64,000 nucleotides of DNA from Mobula hypostoma (Eukaryota): contig NC_086108.1 in assembly GCF_963921235.1 (NCBI RefSeq), forward strand, positions 4,650,001 to 4,714,000, written 5' to 3'. Numbering within the stretch: position 1 is the stretch's first letter; every line of letters starts with the position of its first letter. The translations under genes were made by a program, and so were the position numbers. The notes under the pieces were generated by a model. The model was given only the letters and a program-made list of their open reading frames with translations, had not been told where the DNA came from and searched no databases. This document shows, in pieces, positions 11,236 through 25,402 of the stretch.

Positions 11236-13949
11236 TTTGGTGTTTGGAGGAAAGTATAGGGGAAGTGTCAGAGCAACACACCGAAAATGTCAATTGTACT
11301 CTTTTCCATAGATGCTGCCTGGCCTGCTGAGTTCCTCCAGCATTTTGTGTGTGTTGATTGGATTTGCAGCATCTGTATATCTTGTCTTGTTTGTGGTGGG
11401 GATGTCAGAGGTTGATTTTTTGGTGGGTGAGTGGAACGCGCTGCTGGTGTTGTAGTAGGGGTAGATATATTAGGGAAATTTAAGAGACTCTTAGGTAGAA
11501 AATGGAGGACTAAGTAGGAGGGATTGCTCTTGGAGTAGGTTAAAAGGTTGGCATAACATTGGGGGCTGAAAGGCCTGTACTATGCTGTAGTGTTCTGTGT
11601 TCTGCGAATTAAATCAATTTGATTTTCCTGGAAGATCTATATCCTTCTGCAAAATGTTTATTGAATCCTCAATTATCTCTGAGTTTACTGTTTCACTGGT
11701 ATCTGCTCATTTAACAAATTGCTTCACTGTCAGTGTTACTTATCTGGAACTGGAAAATCCAGGTGCTGAGCACTTGGGTAATAGCTATTATTGCTCTTAA
11801 AGTCAAAAGCTGTTTATTTTCCAGTAGGTTAAAATATGCCTACAATCAACCAAACATCAAGAGCAACATCTTCCTTGCCTCCTCACAGAGCAATGGCTTT
11901 CTGTAATTTACAGCACTGTATGTATTGCACTGTACTGCTGCCACAAAACAACAAACTTCATGACAAACGTCAGTGATATTAAATCTGATTCTGATAAGTT
12001 CTAACAAACTACTGCACTGGTATAGTGTCTGGTACCCGTTGCTGTGGGCCCACAAGAACATCCGATTCGGGAAGTGTGAAAAGTGTACAGGTAATACTTT
12101 CTTAGAAGGTTAAGGAAGTTCGGCTTGTCACCGAACACTAACAAACATCTACGGATGTACTGTCAAAAGTATCTTGACTGGTTGCAAGATGGTCTGGTAT
12201 GTATGGTACTTAGAATGCATAGATGCTGTAGACCAGCAGATTCAAAGTGGGCTTTTCATACCATCTGGGTAATACTTGTACTTGTGCAGCTGACAATAAA
12301 TTTGACTTTGATTGGGTATAGTCTCCAAGGTTGAGGGAGGGCATGGGGAGTTCAAAGTTCAAAGTAAAACTTATTATTAGAGTACATACATGTAACTGCA
12401 TTCAATCCTGAGATTCAATTTCTGCAGGCATACTCAGCAAATCTACAGAATAGTAACTGCAACAGGATCAATGAAAGAGCGAGAGCACAGAAGACAACAA
12501 ACTGTGCAAATGCAAATATAAGTGGCAATAAATAACGAGAAAATGAAATAACAAGATAAAGAGTCTTTAAGTGTGGTCATTGGTTGTGCGAAGATCTCAA
12601 TGGATTGGCAAGTGAATGTAGTTAACCTCTTTTGTTCAAGAGCCTGATGGTTGAGGGGTTGTAACTGTTCTTGAACCTGGTGGTGTGAGTCCTGAGGCTC
12701 TTGTACCTTCTACCTGATGGCAGCAGCAAGAAGAGAGAATGGCTCTTGAATGAAGAGATCCTGTGGCCTCCCACTCTGGGCCACAGCACCTACACCCTGT
12801 ATGAATAACCTCTTTCTCAACTTGGAGGCCACCCACGTTTTCACCTACTCTAAAACTGAAGTGTTGACACCATTAATCTCGGTGAAATGCAGAAAGGCTG
12901 TGGAACTGGGGTCCCTGCATGGGCTACCGCTGTTTGGTAAGCAGACAATGCTCCCACGTCACAAGGAAGCAATTATATCCCATCAAACGTGAACTGCGAC
13001 TTCCTTTAGCTTTCCTGCAACTAACGGATAATATAAACACTATGGGAAGTTGAACCTCTACATTCATTCAGGGCTAATGTCATTCTCAATATTTTATACC
13101 AGAGAAATTAATCCCAGGGTAAACTGTTTTTTTCAATTTAAATCAAACTAATATGCTGTTGGGACTTTTGCCTGAAGTCTTGGCCAAGCAGGCCAGGAGA
13201 GTGTGGCTGTTGGGAAAACCGTTGGGACTTGACGAAAGTATTTCTACCAAATCATCTTCAGCTTAAAATTCAGTTAATTCTGCTTGTTTCATAATTTGAC
13301 TGATATTGGGAAAAAAAACTTTTCAGCTTGCAGATCAGATACGGCAGTTGAAGGCTTCCCAAGTTTAATAGGGCAGAGAGGAGGCTGCAGGCGGCTGCAA
13401 ATAAGCAGCAATTTCCCTTCTATAATCTACATCCGGGTGTTGGCTCTGGGCCAGGAACCTCAGCTTTTCACTAAATCAATAGACACCACACATCTGTATG
13501 TGCAGAAAAGTACAAATATCTCAGCTCAGAATTCTGTGAAGGGGTTTGTGTTAATCCCACGGTATCGGCGGATGCTGGTAGGATGCAGATTGTATTTGAT
13601 TAGAATAAAAACAATATTTTATCTTTCACACACAGACGTGGCATTAAATTCTTTTATAAATGATAGAGTTGGTGCTTTAGAGATTGCCGGGAATTTAATT
13701 TATTCACAGACTCGCTGTGAGCTGACAAGATACCCAGGCCCATTGAAATCCAGTTGTTTGACAGATGCTGACTGTCAGCAAAATCTCATTTGCAAGGGAA
13801 CTCGAGGATGAATTATAACCAGCGCAGAATCAGCACTTGGAAAATGAAGTGTCTAAAATTGATGGGGGGGGGGGCGCGGGCAGCACAGTTCATTTGAACA
13901 CTTAAGAAGCAAAAGATGGTATTTCTTGTTCTCAGAGGCTGAAGGTTTT

Positions 13950-14315
13950 TGACCAAACAGAGGTGTATAAGATGATGAGAGGCATTGATCATGTGGATAG
14001 TCAGAGGCTTTTTCCTGGGGCTGAAATGGTTGCCACAAGAGGGCACAGGTTTAAGGTGCCGGGGAGTAGGTACAGAGGAGATGTCAGGGGTAAGTTTTTT
14101 ACGCAGAGAGTGGTGAGTGTGTGGAATGGGCTGCCGGCGATGGTGGTGGAGGCGGATACGTAGGGTCTTTGAAGAGACTTTTGGATAGGTACATGGAGCT
14201 TAGAAAAATAGAGGGCTATAGGTAAGCCTAGTAATTTCTAAGGTAGGGACGTGTTCGGCACAACTTTGTGGGCCGAAGGGCCTGTATTGTGCTGTAGGTT
14301 TTCTATGTTTCTATG
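13950..14315 (+). mobile_element. CR1-clade LINE 3' fragment
   Basis: YKMMRGIDHVD...KFFTQRVVSVWNGLP, followed by a TTCTATG tail. Confidence 0.88.
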
Positions 14316-14514
14316 ATTTTGCTTTTCTTTACTTCAGTGAGGTGCAAGATACCAAGACATTATGGGAATTAGAGGATGATTCGGCTCGGGTGGGAAACTG
14401 AACTTCAGTAACAGGATAATCTTATTGAATGGTGAAGTAGGGTCAATAGTATTCTCCTAATATTCTTTATATTAAAATTTCCCCACCGAATTTAATGATT
14501 CTTCATTTAGTCAT

Positions 14515-16725
14515 AGTCATAGAAAAATACAGCACCAAAACAGGCCCTTTAGCCCATCTAGTCCATGCTGAACCATTTAAACTCTACTCCCATTGACCTG
14601 CACTGGGACCATAGTTTTCCATATCCCTAACATCCATGCATCTAACTAAAATTCTCTAAAACATTAAACCAAAATTGCATCCACCACTTCCGCTAGCAGC
14701 TCATTACCACCCTCCGAGTGAAGTTTCCCCTCATGCTCCTTTTAAACTTTACACCTTTCACCCTTAACCCATGACCTCTATTTGTAGTCCCCACCCAACC
14801 TCAGTGTAAAAAGCCTGCTTGCATTTACCCTATCTATACCCCTCATAATTTTGTATACCGCTAACAAATCTCCTCTCGATCTTCTATGCTCCAGGGAATG
14901 AAGTCCTAACCTACTCAGTCTTTCCTTACAACTCAGACCTGGCAACATCCTTGTAAATTTTCTCTGTATTCTTTCAACCTTATTTACATCTTTCCTGTAG
15001 GTAGGTGATCAAAACCGCACACAATACTCCCAGGACGGATTCTCCGGGCCTGTGCAAGCGAGCTAGCTGGAGTGTTTGCTGACATCTTCAACTGCTCCTT
15101 GCTTCAGTCTAAGATCCCCTCATATTTTAAGAAGGCAACGATAATCCCAGTGCCGAAGAAGAGGAAGGTGACATGCCTGAATGACTATCGACCTGTGGCT
15201 CTGACATCAAATACTGTGAAGTGCTTCAAGAGATTGGTTATGGCACACGTCAACCACAGCCTACCGGTCAACCTCGACGCTTTGCAATTCGCCTACCGGA
15301 GCACCAGGTCAACGGCAGATGCCATCTCTCTGGCCCTACATTCCTCCTTAGAACACCTGGAGAATAAAGACGCATACGTAAGGCTCCTTTTCATTGACTA
15401 CAGCTCTGCCTTTAATACCATCATTCCAAATAAACTGATTACTAAGCTCCAGAAATTGGGCCTTAGCACTCAGATCTGCAGCTGGATCTTCAGCTTCCTC
15501 ATGGACAGGACCCAGGCTGTAAAGACAGGGGACAAGCTCTCCTCTACAATCACTCTGAGCACCGGTGCCCCACAAAGTTGTGTGCTCAGTCCCCTGCTGT
15601 ACTCACTGTTCACCCATGATTGTGTAGCCAAGTTTCCATCAAACTCAATATATAAGTTTGCTGATAACACAATTGTAGGCCGTATCTCGGGTAATGATGA
15701 GTTTGAGTACAGAGAGGAAATTAAGAACCTGGTGGCATGGTGTGAAGACAATAACCTATCCCTCAACGTCAGCAAGACAAAGGAATTGGTTGGTGACTTC
15801 AGGAGGAGTAACGGACTGCACGACCCAATTTACATTGGTGGTACGCAAGAGGAACAGGTCAAAAGCTTTAAGTTCCTTGGGGTCAATATCACAAATGACC
15901 TGACTTGGTCCAACCAAGCAGAGTCCACTGCCAAGAAGGCCCACCAGTGCCTTTATTTCCTGAGAAAACTAAAGAAATTTGGCCTGTCCCCTAAAACCCT
16001 CACTTATTTTCATAGATGCACCATAGAAAGCATTCTTCTAGGGTGCATCACGACCTGGTATGGAAGTTGTCCTGTCCAAGACCGAAAGAAGCTGCAGAAG
16101 ATCGTGAACACGGCGCAGCACATCACACAAACCAATCTTCCGTCCGTGGACTCACTTTACACTGCACACTGTCGGAGCAGTGCTGCCAGGATAATCAAGG
16201 ACACGACCCACCCAGCCAACACACTTTTCGTCCCTCTTCCCTCCGGGAGAAGGCTCAGGAGCTTGAAGACTCGTATGGCCAGATTTGGGAACAGCTTCTT
16301 TCCAACTGTGATAAGACTGCTGAATGGATCCTGACCCGGATCTGGGACGTACCCTCCAAATATCCAGACCTGCTTCTCAGTTTTTTTGCACTACCTTACT
16401 TTCCATTTTTCTATTTTCTATTTATGATTTATAATTTAAATTTTTAATATTTACTAATTTTTATTATTTTTAATATTTAATATTTGTAATCCAGGGAATG
16501 GGAAGCGCAGAATCAAATTTCGCTGTGATGATTGTACGTTCTAGTATCAATTGTTTGGCAATAATAGAGTATAAAGTATACTGGGCCTCTCCAATGTCTT
16601 ATGCAATTTCAACATAACATCCCATCTCCTGTACTCAATACTTTGATTTATGAAGGCCAATGTGCCAAAAACTTTCTTTATGACCCTATCTACCTGTGAC
16701 ACCACTTTCAATCAATTAGGACCTG
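14515..16725 (-). mobile_element. CR1 fragment interrupted by the Rex1/Babar-like insertion at 15031-16580
   Basis: CR1 sequence stops at ...CACAATACTCC (15030) and resumes at CTGGGCCTCTCCAATGTC (16581). Confidence 0.75.
15031..16580 (+). mobile_element. 5'-truncated Rex1/Babar-like LINE with an uninterrupted 420-aa reverse transcriptase ORF (15072-16334)
   Basis: RT motifs [41 protein letters not shown] and KFLGV. The catalytic motif reads FADNT instead of FADDT. The 3' UTR recurs in reverse at about 63890-64000. Confidence 0.92.
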
Positions 16726-17274
16726 TATTTTTTAAGGTATTCCATTAACAAAAATTGTTTTTCTTCCGCAATAGAAAATTGCAATATTTGTGTTGTAGAT
16801 CGGGTCTAGAGCTCAGACCATGCCTCAGAGACTTGAGCTGAAGGGATTAACTCCTGCACAGTACTAAGCCACACACACAAACACACCACAATTTGCTAGA
16901 GGAACTCAGCAGGTCAAACAGTATCTATGGCAGGGAATAAGCAGTCAACGTTTCAGGCTGAGACCCTTCATCAGGAATATTGTTCTATGTTCTATCCACT
17001 TCCCTCCATAGGTTCTCATCAAAGACCCAAGAGATTCTGCAGATGCTGGAAATCCAGAGTAACACACACAGAATGCCGGAGGAACTCAGCAGGTCAGGCA
17101 GCATCTATGGAGGGGAATGAATTCTCAATGTTTCAGGCAGGGATCCTTCATCAGAAGGTGGCTTCTGCGCTCCCCCATTTCTCTCCAGTCCCGATGATTG
17201 GTCTTGGCCAGAAATGCCGAATGTTTATTCCATCCGTAGATGCTGTCTGACTTGCTGAGACCTCCAGAGTTTTA

Positions 17275-17905
17275 ACATAGAAACATAGAAAATAGGTGCA
17301 GTAGGCCATTCGGCCCTTCGAGCCTGCACCGCCATTCAGTATGATCATGGCTGATCATCCAACTCAGAACCCTGTACCAGCCTTCCCTCCATACTCCCGA
17401 TCCCTTTAGCCACAAGGGCCATATCTAACTCCCTCTTAAATATAGATAATGAACTGGCCTCAACTGTTTCCTGTGGCAGAGAATTCCACAGATTCACCAC
17501 TCTCTGTGTGGAGAAGTTTTTCCTAATCTCAGTCCTAAAAGGTTTCCCCTTTATCCTCAAACTGTGACCCCCTGTTCTGGACTTCCCCAACATCAGGAAC
17601 AATCTTCCTGCATCTAGCCTGTCCAATCCCTTTAGGATTTTATACGTTTCAATCAGATCCCCCCTCAATCTTCTAAATTCCAACAAGTATCAGCCTAGTC
17701 GATCCAGTCTTTCATCATATGAAAGTCCTGCCATCCCAGGAATCAATCTGGTGAACCTTCTTTGTACTCCCTCTAAGGCAAGAATGTCTCTCCTCAGATT
17801 AGGGGACCAAAACTGCACACAATACTCCAGGTGTGGTCTCACCAAGGCCTTGTACAACTGCAGTAGTACCTCCCTGCTCCTGTACTCAAATCCTCTTACT
17901 ATGAA
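17275..17905 (-). mobile_element. Young CR1-clade LINE 3' fragment
   Basis: LYKALVRPHLEYCVQFWSP and RLRGDLIETYKIL, with a TTTCTATG tail. Near-identical 3' ends lie at 62135-62430 (-) and 35590-35750 (+). Confidence 0.92.
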
Positions 17906-19589
17906 TGATTTGTGTGTGTGCTGCTCTGGATTTCCAGCATCTGCAGAATCTGATGTGTTCAGTGAAATTAAACGTTGATAGAGCACTGTTGAACTGTGTT
18001 AACATAGTAAAGGCAGCAGTCAATTAGATTTCACAAATTGTAAAGGAAAATGCTCAGATAATTGTGTTTAATTGATGTTGATATTGATAAAACATGATGA
18101 AGTTACTTCTTTCCTTGAAATAGTCATCATGGGATTTTGTTTATCCACCAGAGAAGGGAGACAGTCTGATGTGATACCCGATTGACAGTGTCTTCAAGAA
18201 TGTCACACTCCCTCGGTGCTGCACTGGATATTTGTCTTCTAGTCTTCCAATCACAGTGAGAAACTGACCCACACATGCTTTTGGGGTTAGGTTCTACTTC
18301 CAAGTACATGTGCTAACCCATCTGTAACTCCCTATCAGGTCAGGCTGAATCTATAGACAGGAATAAACTGCTGACGTTTTGGGTCCAGACTGATGAAGGA
18401 TCACGGCCTAAAATATTGACCGTTTACTCCCCACCATAGATGCTGCCTGACCTGCTGAGGTCCACCAGCATTTTGTGTGTGACACTCCAGATTTCCAGCA
18501 TCAGCAGAATCCTTTTGTGTTTGTGTACAGTACTGAGGTTTACTGCAGTGGCATCTGTTTCAGCAGGATTCTCAACCAAGATCCCGACACCTCTCCTACA
18601 CGTGCAAGCGTCTTCCTGGTTCTACTTAGGGCAGGAGAGAAGTACTGTCCCAGCTAGTAACGCTCCCCCAAACTACACTAAAAAAAATCTGGTGTGTTAT
18701 TGTATCATTTGTTAGATTCACGGAGACATAGAAAAGTACAGTACAGACAGAAACAGGCACTTTGGCTTATCCAGTCTGTGCTGAACCACTGAAACTGCCG
18801 ACTCCCATCGACCTGCACCGACCGGGACCATCTCTGTACCCCTGCCATCCATGTGCCTATCCAAACTTCTCTTAAACATTGAAATCAAGGTCACATGCAC
18901 CACTTGCACAGCAGTTCAACACTCTGAGTGAAGAAGTTTCCCCTCGTGTTCCCCTTAAAATTTTCACCTAACACTTTGTTGTAGGTAAACAGGCTGTTAC
19001 AACAATGCTCCTACTTCAAGCCATAAGGTGTCAGAGCAGAATTAAACCATTCAGCCCATCAAGTTTGCTCTGCTGTTGAAAAATTGGTTGATTTATTTTT
19101 CTTCTGCCTTCTCCTGTTAACTCATTTACTAATCAAGAACCAAACAATCTCTGCCTTAAATACACTCAATGTCTTGGTGTCTGTGGCAATGCGTTTCATA
19201 GATTCGCCAACCCCTGGCTCAAGAAATACCTCCTCATCTAAGTTCCAATGGGCACCCTTTTATTCTGTGCCTTGGATGTGGGACTCTCCCACCAAAGGAA
19301 AGATCCTCCCCAAGTCCACTCTATCCAGGCCTTTCAGTACCTGGTAGATTTCAATGAGATCTCCTGTCTCATCCTTCTGAATTGAGTGCAGGTCCAGAGA
19401 CACCAAATGCTTTCATTCCTGGGGTCATTCTTATGAGCCTTCTCTGGACCCTCTCACGGGCCCAAAGTGCTTTGAAATGCTCCAGATCATAAAGGTACGG
19501 TATGTCAAATAAATTCTTCTTTCCTTCCAGGTTTCAGTCTCCAAAATCTCATCATTTGTGACGTACACCCAGGTTCTCTTGCCCCTCCT

Positions 19590-20497
19590 CCATGCCTTCA
19601 ACTACTGCACAGAGTCTTGTCATCTTCAGAAGTTTTCTGATGACTCTGCCATAGTTGGATGCATCAGCAAGGAAGATGAGGCTGAGTACAGGGCTACGGT
19701 AGGAAACTTTGTCACATGGTGTGAGCAGATTTATCTGCAGCTTAATGTGAAAAAGACTAAGGAGCTGGTGGTAGACCTGAGGACAGCTAAGGTACCGGTG
19801 ACCCCTGTTTCCATCCAGGGGGTCAGTGTGGACATGGTGAAGGATTACAAATACCTGGGAATACGAATTGACAATAAACTTGACTGGTCAAAGAACACTG
19901 AAGCTGTCTACAAGAAGGGTCAGAGCTGTCTCTATTTCCTGAGGAGACTGAGGTCCTTTAACATCTGCCGGATGATGCTGAGGATGTTCCGCAAGTCTGT
20001 GGTGGCCAGTGCTATCATGTTTGTTGTTGTGTGCTGGGGCAGCAGGCTGAGGGTAGCAGACACCAACAGAATCAACAAACTCATTTGTAAGGCCAGTGAT
20101 GTTGTGAGGATGGAACTGGACTCTCTGACGGTGGTGTCTGAAAAGAGGATGCTGTCCAAGTTGCATGCCATCTTGGACAATGTCTCCCATCCGCTACATA
20201 ATGTACTGGGTGGGCACAGGAGTACATTCAGCCAGAGACTCATTCCACCGAGATGCAACACGGAGCGTCATAGGAAGTCATTCCTGCCTGTGGCCATCAA
20301 ACTTTACAACTCCTCCCTTGGAGGGTCAGACACCCTAGGCCAATAGGCTGGTCCTGGACTTATTTCCTGGCATAATTTACATATTACTATTTAACTATTT
20401 ATGGTTCTATTACCATTTATTATTTATGGTGCAACTGTAACGAAAACCACTTCCCCCCCCGGGATCAATAAAGTATGACTATGACTATGACTACTAT
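19590..20497 (+). mobile_element. Rex1/Babar-like LINE 3' fragment with (ATGACT)n tail
   Basis: ORF 19558-20346 contains KFSDDSAIVG, KYLG and LYFLRRLRSF. The same family is at about 45610-45965 (-). Confidence 0.9.
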
Positions 20498-21081
20498 GCC
20501 TTTCTCCTACAGTTCACTTTCCTTTCCTATCGGATTCCTTCTTCAGCGCTTTACGTCTTCCGCCTATCCTGTCCCAGCTTCTCATTTCACACCTCTCCCC
20601 TTTCTCCACCCACCTACCTTCCCCCTCACCTGGCTTCACCTGTCACTCTATAGCTATCCTCCTCCCCTTCCACCCACCTTTTTATTCAGACACCTTCCCC
20701 TTTCCTTCCCAGTCCTGATGAAGGGACTCAGCCTGAAACGTCAACTGTTCATTTCTCTCTCTGTGTGGTCTGACCAACGCCGTATGAAGCCTCAACATTA
20801 CATCCATGCTTTTATATTCTACGTCAATAGAAACTAGGTTGTGTTTTCCCTCTCTAAGCAATATTAATAGACCAAATAGTTTTTTTTTAACGACATGAAA
20901 TTCTTGATTCCAGCAGTCGCAGTGGGTACAGAGCAGTTTGTGAGCAGTTTTGGGCCCCTTATCTAAGAAAGGATTGGCTGACATTGGAGATGGTTCGGAG
21001 GAGGTTCACAAAATGATTCTGGGATTGAAAGGCTTGTCACATGAAGAGCGTTTGATGGCTCTGGGTCTCTACTCACTGGAA

Positions 21082-21294
21082 CACACATCAAAGTTGCTGG
21101 TGAACGCAGCAGGCCAAGCAGCATCTATAGGAAGAGGCGCAGTCGACGTTTCAGGCCGAGACCCTGACGAAGGGTCTCGGCCTGAAACGTCGACTGCGCC
21201 TCTTCCTATAGATGCTGCTTGGCCTGCTGCGTTCACCAGCAACTTTGATGTGTGTTGCTTGAATTTCCAGCATCTGCAGAATTCCTGTTGTTTA
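21082..21294 (+). mobile_element. Fold-back Penelope-end mini-element with an 86-bp perfect inverted repeat
   Basis: Arms 21080-21165 and 21171-21256, loop GACGA. TSD CTCTACTCACTGGAA at 21067-21081 and 21295-21309. Confidence 0.9.
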
Positions 21295-21317
21295 CTCTAC
21301 TCACTGGAATTCAGTTC

Positions 21318-22747
21318 TAAGCCTACACTGGTGTCACTCCTTAATTTTTCTTATGCCACATCAACGACTACATTGGTGCTGCTTCCTGCACTCGACTTGT
21401 CGACTTCATCAACTTTGCCTCCAACTTTCACCCTACTCTCAAATTTATCTGATCCATTTCTGACACCTCCCCTTTCTCGATCTCTCTGTCTCAATCTCTG
21501 GACACAGCTTATCTACTGATGTCTATTGTAAACCCACTGACTCTCAAAGCTACCTGGACTATACCTCTCCCACCTTGTTACTTGCACAAATGTGATCCCC
21601 TTCTCTCAATTCCACCGTCTCCACCGTATCTGCTTTCAGGATGAGGCTTTTCATTCCAGAACGAAGGAGATGTTCTCCTTCTTCAAAGAAAGGGGCTTCC
21701 CTTCTTCCTTTTGAATGCATCTCTTCCTTTGCACGCACGTTGGTTCTTACCCCATCCTCCTGCCAGTCCTTCAGGGATAGGGTTCCTCTTGTCCTCACCT
21801 ACCACCCAACCAGCCTCTGTGTCCAGCACATAATTCTCAGGAACTTCCAACATCTCCAACAGGATTCCATCACCAAGCACATCTTCCCACATCCCCTCCC
21901 CCGCCTCACTTTCTGCTTTCTGCAGGAATCACTCCATACGCAACTCCCTTGTCCATTTATCCCTCCCCACTGATCTCCCTCCTTGCACTTAACCTTGCAA
22001 GCGGAACAAGTGCTACACCTGCCGTACACCTCCTCCCTCACTACCATTCAGGGCCCCAAACAGTCCTTCCAGGTGAGGCGACACTTCACCTGTGAGCTTG
22101 TTGGGGTCATCTACCGTATCCTATGCTCCCGGTGTAGCCTCCTGCATATATGTGAGACCCGATGTAGATTGGGAGACTGCTTCGCTGAGCACCTACACTC
22201 CATCCACCAGAAAATGTGGGATCCCCCAGTGGCCACCCATTTTAATTCCACTTCCCATTCCTATTTCGACATGTCAGTCCATGGTCTCCTCTACTGTCGC
22301 GATGAGGCCACACTCAGGTTTGAGGAGCAACACCTTATATTCTGTCAGGGTAGCCTCCAACTGATGGCATGAACATCAATTTCTCGAACTTCCAGTGATG
22401 CCCTCCCCTCCCCATTCCCACTTCTTTCTATCACCTTATCTCCTTACCTGCCATCACCTCCCTCTGGTACTCCCCCTTTTCTTTCTTCATGGCCTCTCCT
22501 ATAGATCCCCCTTCTCCAGTCCTGTATCTCTTTCACTAATCAACTTCCCAGCTCTTTACTTCATCACCACCACCCCAGTTTCACCTATCACTTTGTGTTC
22601 CTTCCTCTGCTCCCCCCACCTTGTAACTCTGAGTTCTCATCTTTTTCCCTCCAGTTCTGATGAAGGGTCTCAGCCCAGAACGTTGAGTGTACTCTTTTCC
22701 ATAGATGCTGCCTGGCCTGCTGAGTTCCTCCAGCATTTTGTGTGTTG
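21318..22747 (+). mobile_element. Degenerate Penelope-like (Neptune-type) element, 3' half
   Basis: RT C-terminus, RVPLVLTYHP, the PCKRNKCYTC linker, and a GVIY...C..C...ICET GIY-YIG remnant. Decayed hammerhead near 22655-22690. Confidence 0.88.
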
Positions 22748-23394
22748 AATGACGGGGGGATCTCATTGAAATCTATCAGATGTTGAAAGGCCTTGATAGA
22801 GTGGATGTGGAGAGGATGTTTCCTATGGTGGAGGTGTCTAAGAGCAGAACACAGCCTCAGAATAGAGGGATATTCATTTCGAATGGAGATGAGGAGTAAT
22901 TTCTTTCGACAGAGAGTGATGAATCTGCGGAATGTGTTGCCACGAGAAGCTGTGGAGGCCAAGTCACTGGGTGTATTTAAGGCAGAGGTTGATAGTTTCT
23001 TGATTAGTCAGGGCACGAAGGGATATGGGGAGAAGATAGGAGATTGGGGCTGACGGGGAAAATGGATCAGCCATGACGAAATGCTGGAGCAGACTTGATG
23101 GGCCAAATGGCCCAATTCTACTATATATCTTATGTAGTAGTCTCTTTTCCCAGTAATTTAACTATTATGTTACCATTCCTATCTTTATGATTAAAAAAGG
23201 ATTCAACTGTAAAGGACATTTCAAACCTGTAGAAGAAAGCTATATAGATGTATGCATTAAATTACATCACCAACTTATCAGAAGACAGCAGACACACCTT
23301 CCTCTCAACAGTAAATTCAAGGGTAAGTGGTGGTGGGGGGGGGAGGAGGAAGAGGATACTGTAAAGGAGTTCCATTCGTAGCAAATAACCATCA

Positions 23395-23930
23395 AACAAA
23401 TATGCAAAAATCTGCAGATGTTGGAAATCGAAAGTAACACACACACACAGACACAATGCTGGAGGAGCTCAGCAGGCCAGGCAGCATCTACAGAAAAGAG
23501 TAAACAGGCGATGTTTCGGGCTGAGACCCTTCATCAGGACTGGAGAGGAAGATGAGAAGTCACAGCAAGAAGGTGGGGGGAGGGGAGGAAGAAGTAAAAG
23601 TGACAGGTGATAGGTGAAATGGAGGGGGAGGGGTGAAGTTGACTGCTGATTGGTGAAAGAGATAAAAGGCTGGAGGACGGGGAATCTGATAGGAGAGGGT
23701 AGAAGACCATGGAAGAAAAGTAAGGGAGGGGGGTAGCAACAGAAGGAAGTGATGGACAGGTAAGGAGATAAGGTGAGAGAGGGAAATGGAAATGGGGGGA
23801 TGGTGAAGGAGGTGGGGGGGGGGCAATTACCGGAAGTTGGAGAAATTGACGTTCATTTTCATCAGGTTGGAGGCTATCCAAATAAAATATAATGTGTTGT
23901 TTTCCTCCAATCTTAGTGTGGCCTCATCAT
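23395..23930 (-). mobile_element. Penelope-like terminal fragment with hammerhead motif (about 23506-23541)
   Basis: Minus strand reads AGTC CTGATGA A GGGTCTCAGCCC GAAAC ATC, with the family UTR and tail. Confidence 0.8.
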
Positions 23931-25402
23931 GGCCTCTTAATTACAAAGATTCAGGAGCCAGACTTAGCAGCAGCACATGTCAATAGAGAATATACATTCT
24001 ACGGTAGACCAGCTTCTACATATGGCCAAGTACAATTACTGGTGGTCACAGCATGCCAGTGTTGGGTTTTAAGAACCTCAAGATGAAGAAAAAGTCCGTG
24101 AGAGGCCAGGTATCTCAGATCTGGCTGGTGGGGAGAGAATGGATGAAGCAGGAGATTGCAACGAGCCTTAGGGTGGAGAGAACATTCAAGACATTGCCCA
24201 AGTTGGGCAAAACAGAAATCTGTCGATTAGCAGTGCAGCAAAGAAGAAGCTTCCAAAGAGTGTGATAGATGGTTAGAAGGGATTTCCTCATCAGACGTTC
24301 TTGTGTCTTGCTTTAGAAGGTCTTGAAGATCTTGCTTGTGTTGAAGTCTTAGGAACTGAACTGAAATATGACTTTTGATTTTGTATTTTATATTCTGTGA
24401 TTTTGCTCGGTTCTTTTTGTAGCCATTTGCCCATGGGGGTGGGAGGGGGGTTTAATGTTTGAATTTTTCCTTTGAACTAGCTGGTTGCATGTTTTTTCTT
24501 TGTTTCGTGACTGTCTGTGGGGAAGACAAATCTCAGGGTTGTATACTGCAAACATACTTCCATAATATATCCATTTTGAATCTTGGGTAATGAAGAAAGT
24601 CAAAGTTATGCATGGGTATGGAGAACTGAAGCAAAAGACTTCAGTGAATGATGATTGAGGTCAAAGCTGAACATATTGCATTAAGATGGATGTTCAAGGC
24701 ATAAAGTGGTCCATGCAGTGATTTTAAGTCACCAGCATTCATTTGCCCCTAGTAATTAATGGCATACAATAATGAGCAACATGTGTAATAGAACTGGCAA
24801 AATAGAACAGTACATGTATTGTTACCTGCGAAGGGATGGGTCAAAGAAAAGTAATTTTTCAGCATTATAAATGTAACCGTTTTTAAAAAATGCATTTACA
24901 ATTCCTTTCCATTAATTAAAAACAGATGTGTTAATAAATGTAACAGTAGGGCCAAATTGAGCTACAGCGATGAAGCAATACCTTCTGTTCCTCTTCTTGA
25001 CAGTGGGAAATACTGTTCCACTGCTCTGTGTGTTCGGGGGTTTGCCCTCGCTATGTGGTGATACCCGCAGGGAATCTGCAGAAAGCCCAAAGCCAATCAG
25101 TGTCATGACCGTGTGCTGAGACACAGCTTCCACTTGTGGGTTTAGAAGATAATCTCATTACCAACTCTTTCATGTTAAACCCAACAGGGAATTCAGAAGA
25201 GACATCGTTTACTCAGAGATGTGGGAATGTGCAAAGTGCTCCCACAGGAAGTGGCTGAGACAAAAAGAAGATTCATTTAATAGCAGGTTGGATAAATGGG
25301 CACGAATGAAAGGAATAGAATGGAAAGGCATGCTTAAATAAACACTGGCATGGATCAGTAGGGCTGAATAACCTGTTCCTGACCTCTATAATCCTTGACA
25401 TA

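Noticed and set aside
13284..13811. 175-aa plus-strand ORF
   Set aside because: No recognisable domain, non-ATG start and antisense within an intron; likely chance.
21080..21256. Palindromes as microRNA genes or DNA-transposon MITEs
   Set aside because: The arms are Penelope terminal sequence, the ends are asymmetric, and the 13-15 bp variable TSDs fit retrotransposition.
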